Origin: a virus
Taxonomy: Duplodnaviria > Caudoviricetes
DNA: 24,597 bases
Reading direction: 5' to 3' (one strand)
IMG/VR virus record: IMGVR_UViG_3300017780_003492
Location: 1 to 24,597 of that record
The notes below the pieces were generated by a model. That model was not told where the DNA came from and made no database searches. It worked only from the letters and a program-made list of their open reading frames with translations. Both the position numbers and the translations under genes were made by a program. Below, piece by piece: positions 1 through 9,900 of the stretch; positions within the stretch are counted from its first letter, which is position 1; every line of letters begins with the position of its first letter.

Positions 1-942
1 CACCCAAGCATTGTCACCTTTCGGTAGGAACTTAAAGAATCCGTCTTCCATCATCATCTTGATTACGTTCCTGTGACCTCGACCATCCGGGTCTAAGGTT
101 TCAGAATAATATTCATTTACTACGTTTTTCCCATCTTCAGTAATTAAAGGGTTTGACAAATCTACTATTTTCTCATTTATAACAAAAAACTCATCACCAA
201 ATATACCACTCTTAGTTTTACCCGTTAAAAGATTTTGTAAAACTTTGTTGTCTTTATCTTCTTTGTGTAGAAGTTCTGCCTTTTGTATAATATCGGTGAA
301 TTTTACCTCTCGGTCAAGTATCTCAGGAAATAATTTAACCAAAGTCTTATCCCCAAGGTAATAGATACCATCAATATTATCCGATTTATCACCGGATATT
401 ATCTTGTAAGTCTTAACGTTATAATGGGGAACTTCAATTTCCTTAAACTTAATTTTATCACCAAGTTTATAGTATTGTTTTAAATCAGGTAAATACACTC
501 TTACCTTATCAGATATTAATTGTGTTAAGTCACGGTCTCCTGAAAATATAGTTTTATCTTCATCAGGTGAGATTTGACAATAGTAAGCAATCAAATCATC
601 AGCCTCATTCTTATCTACCAACACCTGTCTTATAAACAACTCTTCCAAGTATTGTTTAACACGTTCTTTCTGTTCTGAAATTGAGTTTTCTTTATCTAAA
701 TCAAAAGGGGTCTTTCGATTCGCTTTATATTGGGGATATAATATTTTTCGTGACAATGAATTTTCATCACCATCCCAAAATACAACAACTTTATCAAACC
801 CTTCCGTTTCAATAAATCGTCGTAATGTGTTTATAAAGTGCCACACTCCACCTATGTGTTTTCCGGAGTGAAAGAAATCTTTCACCCCGTGAACACCAAT
901 TTTAATTAGGTTGTTTCCATCAACCAATAAGGTTTTAGTCAT
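1..942 (-). CDS. 5'-3' exonuclease / flap endonuclease (PolI N-terminal domain / T4 RNase H-like), 3' end truncated by window edge
   Basis: Not in the ORF track; translated manually from ATG at 942: MTKTLLVDGNNLIK...VVVFWDG...YPQYKANR...NEADDLIAY...FSGDRDLTQL...GDKSDNIDGI. These are the acidic metal-binding and helix-3-turn-helix motifs of the family. The same frame is still open at position 1 (KMMMEDGFFKFLPKGDNAWV). Confidence 0.9.
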   Translation of the reverse strand, partial: MTKTLLVDGNNLIKIGVHGVKDFFHSGKHIGGVWHFINTLRRFIETEGFDKVVVFWDGDENSLSRKILYPQYKANRKTPFDLDKENSISEQKERVKQYLEELFIRQVLVDKNEADDLIAYYCQISPDEDKTIFSGDRDLTQLISDKVRVYLPDLKQYYKLGDKIKFKEIEVPHYNVKTYKIISGDKSDNIDGIYYLGDKTLVKLFPEILDREVKFTDIIQKAELLHKEDKDNKVLQNLLTGKTKSGIFGDEFFVINEKIVDLSNPLITEDGKNVVNEYYSETLDPDGRGHRNVIKMMMEDGFFKFLPKGDNAWV

Positions 943-967
943 TTTTTACCATTAAATGGTTCTACAA

Positions 968-1969
968 TCAATCTTCAAATTCTTCTTCTTCAGTCGGAAC
1001 AAATACCTCACTAAGTTTAAAGTCACCCTCACCACCTAATTTTTTATTCCAATATTCGGAAAATTCTTTTTTGTATTTCTCAATAGCAGCTTTATCATCT
1101 TTGATGTAACCTTGAGGAACCGCCAATATTTTACCATCTTTATATGACAAACCATTAACGTGATTCTTCAATATTGAGATTTTTGTTCTAGTTGCGTAAA
1201 CAACTGTTCTACCGTTTTTAGTTGCGGTAATGTGATTGATACCGGCTTTCTTTTGATTACCAAATAAGAACACTAATGAAGACGCTAACCATATTGCTTC
1301 ACCACCTTTAGCCTTAATCTCAGGTTGCCCAAATGGATTGTCAGGCAATTCAACCCAAGGTTGATTAATAACCACCATAGTCGCCCAATAAGGAACATCC
1401 TCTTTTTTAGTTTTAGATATTCTCGCTGAGATACCCATACCTATTTTATCAGCAAATGTTGCGGCATTATGTTGTTTACCACCTTTACCATCAAATGTCA
1501 TCTTACAAGGTATTGAACCTACTGAATCCCATAAAAATACAATGTTGTAAGGAATCTCACCTTTGTCTTGAGCATCCAAAATTTGATTAATGAAATCAGT
1601 TGCTTGTTCAATATAATCAAAACTATCATTGAAGATAAAATTACCGTCCCACTCACCATCTGAGTTTTGTTCCGCCTGAAGACCTAACTCAACCGCGTGT
1701 TCCCAATTCCATTTTCTTTCAGTTATAACAAAAACAGGTAAATCACCTTGTTTTTGAGCGTTCGCCGCTGCCAAAATCATTGCTGTTGTTTTAGATGAGT
1801 TTGAGTGACCTAAGAACATATTAATATGTCCTTTACTTGGTCCTTGTAGACCACAAGCATCCGCAAACTCCTCACCACAATCATAAAAACTGTCAGGTTT
1901 ATATTTTGTCTTTGTTGAAAACTTACCTTTGATTGATTCTAATGAAAAATCTTTTTTCTTTACTGCCAT
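968..1969 (-). CDS. RecA/UvsX-like recombinase
   Basis: Walker A-like GHSNSSKTT, VFVITE (catalytic Glu position), Walker B IVFLWDSVGS, VINQ, KGGEAI and ILKNHV match the RecA motif order. Neighbours are SSB and exonuclease. Confidence 0.88.
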   Translation of the reverse strand: MAVKKKDFSLESIKGKFSTKTKYKPDSFYDCGEEFADACGLQGPSKGHINMFLGHSNSSKTTAMILAAANAQKQGDLPVFVITERKWNWEHAVELGLQAEQNSDGEWDGNFIFNDSFDYIEQATDFINQILDAQDKGEIPYNIVFLWDSVGSIPCKMTFDGKGGKQHNAATFADKIGMGISARISKTKKEDVPYWATMVVINQPWVELPDNPFGQPEIKAKGGEAIWLASSLVFLFGNQKKAGINHITATKNGRTVVYATRTKISILKNHVNGLSYKDGKILAVPQGYIKDDKAAIEKYKKEFSEYWNKKLGGEGDFKLSEVFVPTEEEEFED

Positions 1970-1989
1970 ATATTGTGTTTTTAAAATAA

Positions 1990-2018
1990 AAGATAAAAAA
2001 AGGTAGTGATTAAGTCAA
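1990..2018 (-). promoter_or_regulatory. sigma70-like promoter upstream of recA-like gene (TTGACT-N17-TATCTT)
   Basis: Minus-strand TTGACT at 2018-2013, 17 nt spacer, TATCTT at 1995-1990; overlaps the terminator hairpin. Confidence 0.5.
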
Positions 2019-2027
2019 CCACTACCT
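1995..2027 (-). terminator. Intrinsic terminator downstream of SSB gene
   Basis: Minus strand AGGTAGTGGTTG-ACT-TAATCACTACCT stem (8 bp perfect plus G-U extension) followed by a T run. Confidence 0.8.
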
Positions 2028-2045
2028 ATCTATAGGTATTTTTAT

Positions 2046-2891
2046 TTAGAATGGTAAATCTTCGTCAGAATCATCATTTACTTGTGGGTCATCATAAACC
2101 TCAGTTTTTGCTTTAGTACCACCGAATGATTCCTCACTCTCAGTTGAATCACCGTAAGTATATCTACCCAATTCAGTACTCCATTTAGGTGTTTCCCCAC
2201 GAGCAATCGCTTCAAGATATTCAACAGGTTTTTTAGAGTAAACATCTTTCCAAGTTAACTCATCGTTAGACCAAGATTTTTTTGTTTCCTCATCTTCGTG
2301 TAAAGGTGCTGGGTCATCATACATAATTGTTTGAATAACTGTATACTCTTTACCTTTAGGTGTTTTAGCTTTAGTCAATTCAAGGATTAAATCACGACCT
2401 TTTTCAGAATCAGTAACATCACCCTTATTTCTCCAAATAGGAATGATTTTGTCTAAAATCCCTTCATTTTTATAGTTGTGTTTAAAACGCCAAAATTTAG
2501 GTCCGTCTTTTTCGTTATCACGGTCAATAACTTTTACAATGTAAAATTTACGAGATTTGTACTCAGAAGCCAATTTTTTATCACCTTCAATTAATAACTC
2601 TTCATAAACTTCATTTAACGGAGAACGTTCATTATCCATCGCAGGGTCGTATAATTTAACATACTTACCCTCAATTAACATTTCGTGGAACTGAGCCTCT
2701 TTAAATGGTGAAGAACCATCACTTGTTGGAAGAATTCTAAGTCTTTTTTGACCTTGTTTTTCATTGTCACCTAAGATAGCTGCGAAGTATCTTTTTAATC
2801 TTTCCTCTTGAGAAATTTTTGGGGTATAGTTACCCGTTTGTTGTGCTTTCTCGTACTGAGCTAACACCGCGTCTAAACTGTTTGTCGCCAT
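2046..2891 (-). CDS. Single-stranded DNA-binding protein, T4 gp32-like
   Basis: RLRILP, SPF, FYIVKVIDRD, KFWRF and GRDLILELTK resemble the gp32-family core. Acidic tail ends DDSDEDLPF; adjacent to the recombinase. Confidence 0.8.
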   Translation of the reverse strand: MATNSLDAVLAQYEKAQQTGNYTPKISQEERLKRYFAAILGDNEKQGQKRLRILPTSDGSSPFKEAQFHEMLIEGKYVKLYDPAMDNERSPLNEVYEELLIEGDKKLASEYKSRKFYIVKVIDRDNEKDGPKFWRFKHNYKNEGILDKIIPIWRNKGDVTDSEKGRDLILELTKAKTPKGKEYTVIQTIMYDDPAPLHEDEETKKSWSNDELTWKDVYSKKPVEYLEAIARGETPKWSTELGRYTYGDSTESEESFGGTKAKTEVYDDPQVNDDSDEDLPF

Positions 2892-2920
2892 AATTTTAAT
2901 TTATTTTATTTGTTTATCTA

Positions 2921-2949
2921 ATTATAAGTCCGCCTTTTTGTATTGTCAA
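2921..2949 (-). promoter_or_regulatory. Perfect consensus sigma70-type promoter (TTGACA-N17-TATAAT) for SSB/recA/exonuclease block
   Basis: Minus-strand TTGACA at 2949-2944, 17 nt spacer, TATAAT at 2926-2921, about 30 nt upstream of the SSB ATG and just downstream of a terminator. Confidence 0.85.
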
Positions 2950-2958
2950 ATCCTAAGT

Positions 2959-2996
2959 AAAAAAAAACTTGTCTTTTTATTTAGACAAGTTTTTTT
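2959..2996 (-). terminator. Intrinsic terminator (potentially bidirectional) closing the structural block
   Basis: AAAAAAACTTGTCT (2961-2974) and AGACAAGTTTTTTT (2983-2996) form an inverted repeat with A/T runs on both sides. Confidence 0.8.
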
Positions 2997-3013
2997 CAAC
3001 TAATCCAACACTA

Positions 3014-3709
3014 TTAATATTTTACTTTAAAAACATCTTCATCCCTACCAGGATATTCTCTAAATGTTTTCTGCATTTCTTTAGGTGAGAAATCAGTCAC
3101 ATCATCTTTAGTTAAGATGTATTCATCTCTACCTAATTTTTCAAAATCTTCTTCTTTATCTTCAAAATATTGAGATAAAGTTTGGTCAAATGGCCCTGAA
3201 TCTAAACTTCTTAATTTCATTTTTTCTTCAGGTGTTTTTTCACGATATTTTTCAACTTTAGCTTCCAAACTATTTAATTTATTAACAATGTTATCCATTT
3301 CACTCAGTTTACTTTCCAAATTTTCTAAGTGTGAAAACAATTGTTGAAAGTATTCTTCTTGTTTTTCTTCAGTATTCTTTTGCGATTTAACTAAATCAGT
3401 AACTTCAATTTCTGTGGTCTTACCATCTTTTTCCTCTTCACCAACTTTCTCAACTTCAGGGTCAGTTGCAACATCAACAGGTTGTGGTACTTCACCCGCA
3501 GGTGGTGCCGGAGCTGGTGGTGCACCCGCGGCTAATGGGTCAACAGGTGGTGCTCCCGCAGCTAATGGGTCAACAGGTGGTGCTCCCGCAGCTAATGGGT
3601 CCGCCAATGGGTCCTCAGCCGGTGGTGGGGGTAACTCTTGTTCGTTAATATATCTATTAATCGAATTAAATCGTGTAATTTCTTCTAATATTTTTTTATC
3701 TATACTCAT
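3014..3709 (-). CDS. Hypothetical protein with Pro/Ala-rich repeat linker and acidic coiled coil
   Basis: 231 aa ORF collinear with neighbours; DPLAAGAPP repeats; heptad segment LENLESKLSEMDNIVNKLNSLEAKVE. Confidence 0.8.
   Translation of the reverse strand: MSIDKKILEEITRFNSINRYINEQELPPPPAEDPLADPLAAGAPPVDPLAAGAPPVDPLAAGAPPAPAPPAGEVPQPVDVATDPEVEKVGEEEKDGKTTEIEVTDLVKSQKNTEEKQEEYFQQLFSHLENLESKLSEMDNIVNKLNSLEAKVEKYREKTPEEKMKLRSLDSGPFDQTLSQYFEDKEEDFEKLGRDEYILTKDDVTDFSPKEMQKTFREYPGRDEDVFKVKY
3516..3613. repeat. GC-rich in-frame 30 bp tandem repeat
   Basis: GCTAATGGGTCAACAGGTGGTGCTCCCGCA is exact at 3531-3560 and 3561-3590, with partial copies on both sides; encodes DPLAAGAPP(V/A). Confidence 0.95.
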
Positions 3710-3712
3710 TTC

Positions 3713-3937
3713 TTACCCGTTTAATAATTGTTTCACTCCATTATGTGTTTCCACTTGAACTTTTCTGTTTGTGTTCATTGTATTATCAACTCTTTCAATT
3801 AGACCATCTTTCATTCTAATAGTATAACAATCACCTGTATCTAAATCACACACTTGCTTAAATCCGTTTCCAGCATCTTTTTCAGAATATTTGGTATTTT
3901 TACCCAAATAACTATCTAATATTAATTTTGTATTCAT
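3713..3937 (-). CDS. Small hypothetical protein (VCDLDTGDCY motif)
   Basis: 74 aa ORF whose stop lies 3 nt before the next start; preceded by a TATTTATA motif. Confidence 0.75.
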   Translation of the reverse strand: MNTKLILDSYLGKNTKYSEKDAGNGFKQVCDLDTGDCYTIRMKDGLIERVDNTMNTNRKVQVETHNGVKQLLNG

Positions 3938-3952
3938 AACTTTATCTTTATA

Positions 3953-3960
3953 TATAAATA
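3953..3960 (-). promoter_or_regulatory. Putative late promoter motif TATTTATA
   Basis: 15 nt upstream of ATG 3937; the motif recurs upstream of other structural genes. Confidence 0.5.
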
Positions 3961-3979
3961 TCTTTATTATTCTAAAATT

Positions 3980-6900
3980 TTAGATATTAACCCCTTTTTT
4001 AGTTTTATCAAATAATTTAATTGACTCATCGGCTTTCTTAGTATAGAAACCTACGTCACTATTATCATAAACTGAACTAGGAACATTTGGGTAAACATTT
4101 TTTAAATAAAATTTCGCCAACTCACTCGGTAGATTATCAGTCTTAACATTTTCCATTCTTGATTTATTTCTATCTATTAAAAAATCAATATGGTCTGATA
4201 TACTTTGGAATGTAGCGTATGGTACTGAATCGTTTTTTAATTCCATAGACATACAGAAATATTTAGTTTTATTAATATTAGTCCATTCATTATCTAAACT
4301 TACTTGTGCATAATTATTTTCAAATGAGTTAAATTTATTATTTGAGTACCCATTTATATAAAAAATGTAAAAAATCGCATATTTTAATTTACCGTTATCA
4401 TTAACAAATTTATTTGACATTCTTGTTAATATTTTAGTAACAAGTTCTTTAGGTGATACACTTGTTTTTATAGGAGTATCAATTGGTTCGTATTTTTTAA
4501 ATTTAGCTAATAATAAATTAGAACAACTATTTGTATTATCAAGTTCTTTATTTTCAGTAACATTTTTCTTAGTTTCATTAGCCTTTTCTTTACTAGTTGT
4601 ATTAGTTGCCTCTAATTTTTTAGTATTTTCTAATTCAGTCTTTTGTTTGTCAATAATAGTTGTTAATAAATTAACTTTTAGTGTTTGAATATAATTATCA
4701 ATTTTCAAGACACTAGCCGTTGGTTGACGGATACCTTCAACAACTGTTTCAAAATTACCCGGTGATATTGAATGGTTAACTGTTGTTATCATATATGGAC
4801 CGTGGAACATTGGGACGTGTCTTAAATTAAAATACATTGTCGGTTGAATCAAAGCGTTACCCATCATACTTAAAGAACAAGTGTAACTTCTGTTTTTATA
4901 AATGTTATACAATGAAATACTTTGTGTTGCAGAATTTTTTCCTGAACTCATATTCGCCATCATATTCTCAACCTCTAATGATTCAGCGGTTGCAGTTCCC
5001 GTTTCTTGACCAACACTGAAATTGTAAAATATTGATTGGTTTTGAGTTCCAATATCAACATTGAATCCCACAACTCTGTTTGACTTATCATAGTCATTTT
5101 TATCAATTTGATTCTCCACTAATGGGTTATCTGATTTTCTAATATCAAACGCATCATCTCTGAATTTATAATCAATATTTTTTATATCTAAATGTTGACT
5201 TGAATTACCCGCGTAAGTACAAACCATTTTAGCTGACGATTGTCTTGTATCAACATTTAAATAAGTTCCAAATAATGTATTAGCAAATTCACTTGTACTT
5301 TCTAATTTAGGTTTAGCGTTTTTACTAACCTCAGAAATATTATAAAAATTTACATATGACGGTAAATTCATTACCACAAAATTATTTTCAATTAATATTG
5401 ACTCAGCGAATGATAACATATCAACTAAAGGACTATCATTAAACAATGTATCCAATCTTGATTTTAACTTATAAATGTCAACTAAAATATCGTCACCAAT
5501 ATTTCGTGAAGCCCTATCTAACATTAAAACATCTTCAAATAATGTTTTATTACTAAACTCATAACCCGCAATCCATTTATCATTTAAAGATTTAAATGAC
5601 TCCCAATACTCTAACTTACCTAATGGTGATTCAAGGTTTGATGTTGTTATTTCTTCAGGTGTAGATGTTACACTTGGTAATATAACCTGAAGTCGTAACA
5701 TTAAATTATTTAAAGTTCTATCCTGAAACCCTGATATGTCATTAACATATTCATCAACCATTTTTTTAAAATTCTCAAAATTAAAGTTTGATTTATACGG
5801 AACTTTATTCATTAAATTTTTCGGTCTAATATATTTTGTAACAATAGGATTATCATCTAAACCAAATGGTCCATAATAATTTAAAATCATCTGATTAAAA
5901 ATTTTATCTTCAGGATTTTTACCTCGTAATTTACTTAACGGTCCACTAGTTATTAATTCCTTATTACTCGTATAAAGAACAGGTGCAACCTTACCCTCAA
6001 CTCCTGGTAGTAATTCAATAATATTACCATCAGTTAAAACCGCATATGAATTACGATTAGGTGCGTTTGAAGGTATCACCGCACTATCAAGATAATCTCT
6101 TAATTTTTGGGTCGCATATATCTTTATAATAGGAGAAAATCTTTTAATATTTTCTTCAGTAAATGCAACATTTAAATCAACAAAGAAATCTGTAATATAA
6201 GAACCACTATTACTATACTCTAAATAAGGAGCATCTGAGAAACCAATATAAGTTTCTAATGTTTTCCATTCGTTAGGGTAACTATTTTTTGATGCCGATA
6301 ATGTTACAGTCCCTCCGTTTGTTGGTAACGCGTTTTTGGTTACCACCTCATACTTTTCCCAAACATAAGGGTCTGTTAATTCATAGTTAGAAAACGTTAA
6401 AAATAACTTTCTATCATAATTACCGGGATTACCATATTGAATATATTGTGTGGTATCTAAAAATTTACTAATAGACTGATTAACACTTGTTAATTGTTGT
6501 GTCATTATTTTATTAACAATCTCAGTTGATGTAACACCTGTTTGTGTAGGTATTTTCATCATATCAACCATCAATTTTTGGAAGTTAAGTCCATAATCAA
6601 TACTATCATTAATATCATACATTGATTTAGAAAAATCCAAAAATTTAGTCTCAAATAAATCTAATATGTCTTTTTCAAAAACCGAAAAGATTTCACTAAT
6701 ATCGTGATATCTATTTGTATCACCAAGTATGGAATAATTAGGTTGTTTTATATTTTGAGTTTGTTTGTTTTCATCAACAACTAATAATTCTTTTAAATAT
6801 TGTTTTGGATTATTTTTAAAAACACGACCATTATCAAAATACCCATATGTTGGTAACGCCCAAAAACATCTAACAGTTCCATTAAACATTGATTGGTTTT

Positions 6901-9900
6901 GATACAATTCAATCTTCATTTCAGTCCCCTTAAAACATTCACTTTTTGCTTGATTCATAACTGAACCCATTGAAGGTAGGGGGTATGTTGATTTACCATC
7001 TAAACCTTCAACAAAAACACTCCAAGGTATTACCTTTAAATCTCTTTTGGGTGATTTTTTATCAAACCCTTTAATACCTGAAATTAATGTATCATCAACG
7101 AATTTTAAACCAACTTTAAATGTATCAATACCTTCCTGTATTTCAGTATTAGTATAACCCGAAAAAACCTCAAACCCTTGATAGAATAAATTAAAATCAT
7201 TAATGACTTTCGGATAAAAACCTGTATTAATTAATGTTGAGGTCTCATCACCAAAAACTGCGTTTTTTTCCAATATAATATCAATTACACCTCCATCAAC
7301 TGTTAATGTATAGTTTTTAGTTGCCGCTGAAGCAGTGGGGTCAAAATTACCTTTATAGTCAAAATTTTTCCAGACACCATCTAAGATGTCAACACCATTA
7401 TTAATATATTTTTTATAACGATGCCATATTGAACCAACTTTTAATATCCAAGGATATGGTAATTTATGAATAGCACCAAATTTTTTAAGTGTACCAAACA
7501 CATAATCTAATTCAGTTGTTGAGTTCAATTCATAATCTTTAAACTTTTCACTAAAAGTTGTTAAAGGTAAACTATTAATAAATAAATAAGCTGCAGATAT
7601 GAATGGATATTGATTATATTCTCTAAAATGTTTAACACCTTCCTGAATCGCATTAGTAAAATAAGGTGTGTTCAACATAGATATTGTTTGTTTATTTGAC
7701 ACATACCCACTATAATTAACGTATTCTAAATTACCCTCAGTTATTAACTGTTTATCAGGTTTAATTCTTGGTGTGTAAAATTCTTTTAATTGAGCAAAGC
7801 TTTCAGGTCTAGGTAAATTAACATTACCATTATAAACAAAATTAGTAATTGGCATCAATTTAGGTTTCAACGTGAAATTAGTTAACACCTTTAAATTTTT
7901 ATCGTAAGATATTGTATTTGTAGTATTAAAAACTTCACTAACTTGTGAAATGTTTTTACCACCCGGTAATTTGTCCTTAATCCACGTTATGTCAATAAAT
8001 GGATAAACATCTAAAAAATCAACATTATTCGTTATTGTTGTCTGAGTTAATAATTCATTAAATTTAGGTTCATTTTCAAGACTAACTAATGGTTTTGACA
8101 TTGATAAACCTAAGACCACTTCATCAAAAAAAGAAAACTGAATTTGATTTTTAATATAAACTGTATTATAAATTGCTCTAATATAATTTTGCCAACTAAC
8201 ACCAACACCTTGATTTGAAATATGTCTTAACACATTTAAAAAGTTATTTGACGAATACGCATATTCTGATAATTTTTTAATCAAGAATGGATTATCATTT
8301 GATAAACTCTCTCTAATATTAATTGTTTCTGACTCAGAAATTAAATTAGCTATAATATCTTTACTTGATACATTCTGACTTAACCTGTTTAGTCTTGACA
8401 TTGTTGAAATTGAAAGAATTCTTTCAAATATTTCGTAGAAAAATTTAACCTCCTCTTTATTTTCAAAAACATTGTTTGAAATTGGGAACTCAATAGCATT
8501 TAATGTGATACGTTTAACATCCGTTACAGAGTTCATTGTAGGTCCTGCCGATGTTTCACCCTTACCTCTTGAGGTGTAAGCATTACTAAATTCCTCCACA
8601 AATTCAACTTCAGGCCAAACACTATAATCATAACCCTTGGTTAATGATACAACATCCCTATCTCCAGGATATTTTGGTTCAAATTTTTCGTGACCATCTT
8701 CACCATTAGTTTGTATTAAAAATGTTGGCCAAGGATAAACAGGAACATCCTCATTTAAACCCGGTGTTGTGTTATCAGGGTTAGCATTTGAAACTGAACT
8801 ATTAAAAACCGCTTTTTTCCTATCACTATCCATTCTAACCTCCCAAGCTTTTTTATGAACCTCCTCCAACATCCTCAAAAACGCCTCACCATTTGCAAAA
8901 ACAACCGAAAGGACATTTCTAATAGTAGGTTTAAACCCAATCCCACTATCACTACTTTGTAGTAATTTAAATAAAGCATCACTCAATTCAGTTTCAATTT
9001 GTTTTCTCAACTTTTTTGATTGATTTTCAATATTGTTTAACTCTTCAGTAAAACTTTTTGCACCTTCATAAAAAAAATATTCAGTAATTGGTTCTGGAAC
9101 ACCATCTTTTAAAACATATGTAGAATTTACCTCATTTTTAAGAACACCTTTTTTAACTAAATCCATTTCAAACTCAGTAAGTTCTTCATCTGTCGGTTCT
9201 TTTTTAGTGTTCTTAAATAACATATAAGTTTTTTCTAAATCAACATCTTCTTTTGTAAAAATAGGTTGAACAAACATATCATAACTAAGTTTAACAGCAA
9301 TACTTGATGAGGTTTTTTTGTTATCAATAGTATAAAAACCATTAGCACCTAAAGTTGTATTATCGTTAAGTTTTTTAACCGCCTCATTAACAATACCCTC
9401 AAGTTTTGACCTAGCTTCACTTCTTTGACTTGGTTCTTTTAGTTCTTTTTTAAATGTATATATGAATTTAATCGGTGTTTTAGTTGTATTTCCACCACTT
9501 TTAGACGACATACTGTTAGTAACACCAGAGGTCTGATTAGGTATTGATTTAACCGAACCTAAACCATTTTCTTTTAACACAATATAGTTTTTAGTATCAA
9601 GATTCGTTTCAATCCAAGAAGTTGTCTGCGCCATGTAAACATCCTTTCTTAATTGAACAATGTCTCTTTGATACATTTCAATATTTGTTAAAGCATCTAA
9701 ATTTTGTTTTGTAAAAGAATCTAAAACATTTTTAACAAAATATTCTATATTATATCTTAATTGACCAATTGTTAAATATGGAAAATTTTCGGGAAGTAAA
9801 CCTTTTGATTTATATTCATTATACACTTCTTTTACTTTCTCAAAACCTTTGTAGGTATTCTCATTATTAATTTTTTTAACATTAGACGGACCACCTGTTT

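Noticed and set aside
948-960. Palindrome ACCATT-A-AATGGT upstream of the exonuclease start
   Set aside because: Short, AT-rich, single copy with a 1 nt loop; cannot be told from chance.
3531-3601. 30 bp repeats as a possible CRISPR array
   Set aside because: Units are contiguous with no spacers, lie in frame within a CDS, and no cas genes are present.
3414-3758. Plus-strand ORFs 3414-3758 and 3466-3648 with repeated peptides
   Set aside because: Antisense shadows of the GC-rich 30 bp repeat inside the 231 aa gene; no expression signals.
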